DNA of 64,000 nucleotides from Gammaproteobacteria bacterium (GTDB lineage Bacteria; Pseudomonadota; Gammaproteobacteria; CAJXQU01): NCBI GenBank assembly GCA_965238175.1, contig CBDEGZ010000003.1, positions 512,001 to 576,000 of the forward strand, read 5' to 3'. Shown piece by piece: positions 62,636 to 64,000 of this stretch (position 1 is its first letter; each line of letters starts with the position of its first letter). The notes under the pieces were generated by a model. It saw only the letters and a program-made list of their open reading frames with translations, ran no database searches and was not told where the DNA came from. The position numbers and the translations under genes were made by a program.

Positions 62636-63741
62636 CTTATTTTATATGAATTCGTATATTTATTAACTTTTTTGTGATTTCATAGGATGTATTCTTCGAA
62701 ACGCCCTGTTCAGCACTAAGATACTCATTTTTATTCATCCAAAATGTAAGGCTTAAGACAGCCTTCTTAACTGCATATTTAGGTTCTTAAAACAAGTTCC
62801 ATTTACGCTATTGTCCCGTTCGTCGGATCAATTCCATAATCTCTTCACGCAGTAGTAGGTTTCAGACAAAATGCTGTCATCTGCGCAAAGCAATTGTATA
62901 TCCAAACCCTCTCTTCGCGCTATAAAGGAAGTCTTATGTAAAGTTCCAGAAACACCGTCTATGATGGAGGTGTCTGCCTCCACCGTACCTAACAGAAAGA
63001 CAATTGGATCTGTTTTTTTCGAACCATCAATTATGGTTATCTCATACGTATTGCCGAGATAAACGCAAAGCTATAGCCTCTGATCGCTTTCCTAGTGTAA
63101 CCTTTGACTCAATGGGTTTGTCTTCTATTTCAGCCATATCAATATGTTCGACAGCGTCCTCAATGAATGTCGGCGGTAAACATGCCGTTGTTGCAGCTAC
63201 TGAGAATCTTTATCCATTAATGACCTATTAGAGAAATGAACAAAGAACTTGAAAGCATCATAGAAAATATACCGACTGACGCACTGACCAAGCTCTGGCA
63301 AATTGGCCAATAGATTAATCGCTGTGACGCGACCGGGGCTTTTCAATACTGGTAATGACGTCCATTTTGCGCATAAATAGAACGCTAGAATTTGATCAAT
63401 TTGTCAAAATCGAACAATTTCAGACAACGAATTTCTCAACAAGTAGCGGCTTCGAATACACATCGTATTATTGACAATTTTATGATACGTCGTAAAATTA
63501 CACGAAATCTTTATTTACAAAGAGTTGTTTACTACTAAGGGTCATTTCAAAAATAACGACACTTATGATAATCCAATAACTTAACAGACGTAACAGGAAT
63601 AACATCAATCATTCAAAAATCGTGGCCACCTAAACGTACCAGGGGTTACTAATACCAAAGTATTAGTTCTTGGGTACAATACAAAACTTTTATTTTCAGT
63701 AGTAACATTACCGACAGCTTCAAGAAAACAAAATAATAAGA

Positions 63742-63801
63742 AAAACAATATGGAATTGTATAAAACAATATGGAATTGTATAAAACGATATGGAATTGTA
63801 T
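63742..63801. repeat. 3 x 20-bp direct repeat AAAAC(A/G)ATATGGAATTGTAT, each with an ACAAT-N5-ATTGT dyad
   Basis: Read directly; ends 19 bp before ATG 63821. Confidence 0.85.
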
Positions 63802-63820
63802 AAATGTAAATTGAGCTGTT

Positions 63821-64000
63821 ATGACTAGCATATCAGGGAATAGGGATAAATTTAATAATGTGAATGCATTCTCAAATTTTGGAAACAGCAACTCGGGTTC
63901 TAGAGAGAGTGTTCTAATGCTGGGAGTAAAACACTATAAAGTAGCGCAAAAAGCATCACAACAGTCTCAGGCGGCCCCGCAAGAAACGCAGCAACAGTCT
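63821..64000 (+). CDS. N-terminus of an S/N/Q-rich protein running off the window
   Basis: 60 open codons MTSISGNRDKFNNVNAFSNFGNSNSGS...AQKASQQSQAAPQETQQQS. Not in the ORF track because it has no stop. Confidence 0.55.
   Translation, partial: MTSISGNRDKFNNVNAFSNFGNSNSGSRESVLMLGVKHYKVAQKASQQSQAAPQETQQQS

Noticed and set aside
63351-63649. IS1-like (GGTAATGAC) and IS66-like (GTAACCCC on minus strand) ends
   Set aside because: Short matches without a partner IR or transposase sequence.
63649-63891. 80-aa minus-strand ORF
   Set aside because: It runs through the 20-bp repeat and is antisense to the more plausible plus-strand ORF.

Overview
AT-rich chromosomal window of a marine-type gammaproteobacterium. 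Intact housekeeping blocks include ppk1/ppx, an LPS-modification trio, an RND efflux operon, yceI/cyt b561/mscS, glcB-actP-large NAD-GDH, srkA-hugZ-yajQ, soxYZ-bepA, PPi-PFK and dapA-bamC/gcvR-bcp/perM/djlA-queG-tcdA. Between them lie small decayed accessory pockets with IS remnants (IS3, IS982, IS110, IS4, IS5), a P4-like integrase fragment and an integrase-less cluster of integron attC sites carrying a cold-shock gene. The most unusual locus is 58218-60541: a small (618 aa) RTX-repeat protein with a 13x24-bp coding VNTR, in which Ca-binding GGxGxD turns alternate with Asp-less hydrophobic turns. It is followed by an intact HlyC-type lysine acyltransferase, with no T1SS genes beside it. Other oddities are a 39-bp double-hairpin element inserted in frame in an IS982 transposase, tandem GGA-loop hairpins upstream of yajQ, an orphan SoxY ending in GGCE, and a 3x20-bp palindromic array before a Q/S/N-rich ORF that runs off the window end. 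I found no tRNA, rRNA or CRISPR array. All calls rest on motif recognition by eye; no database search was run.
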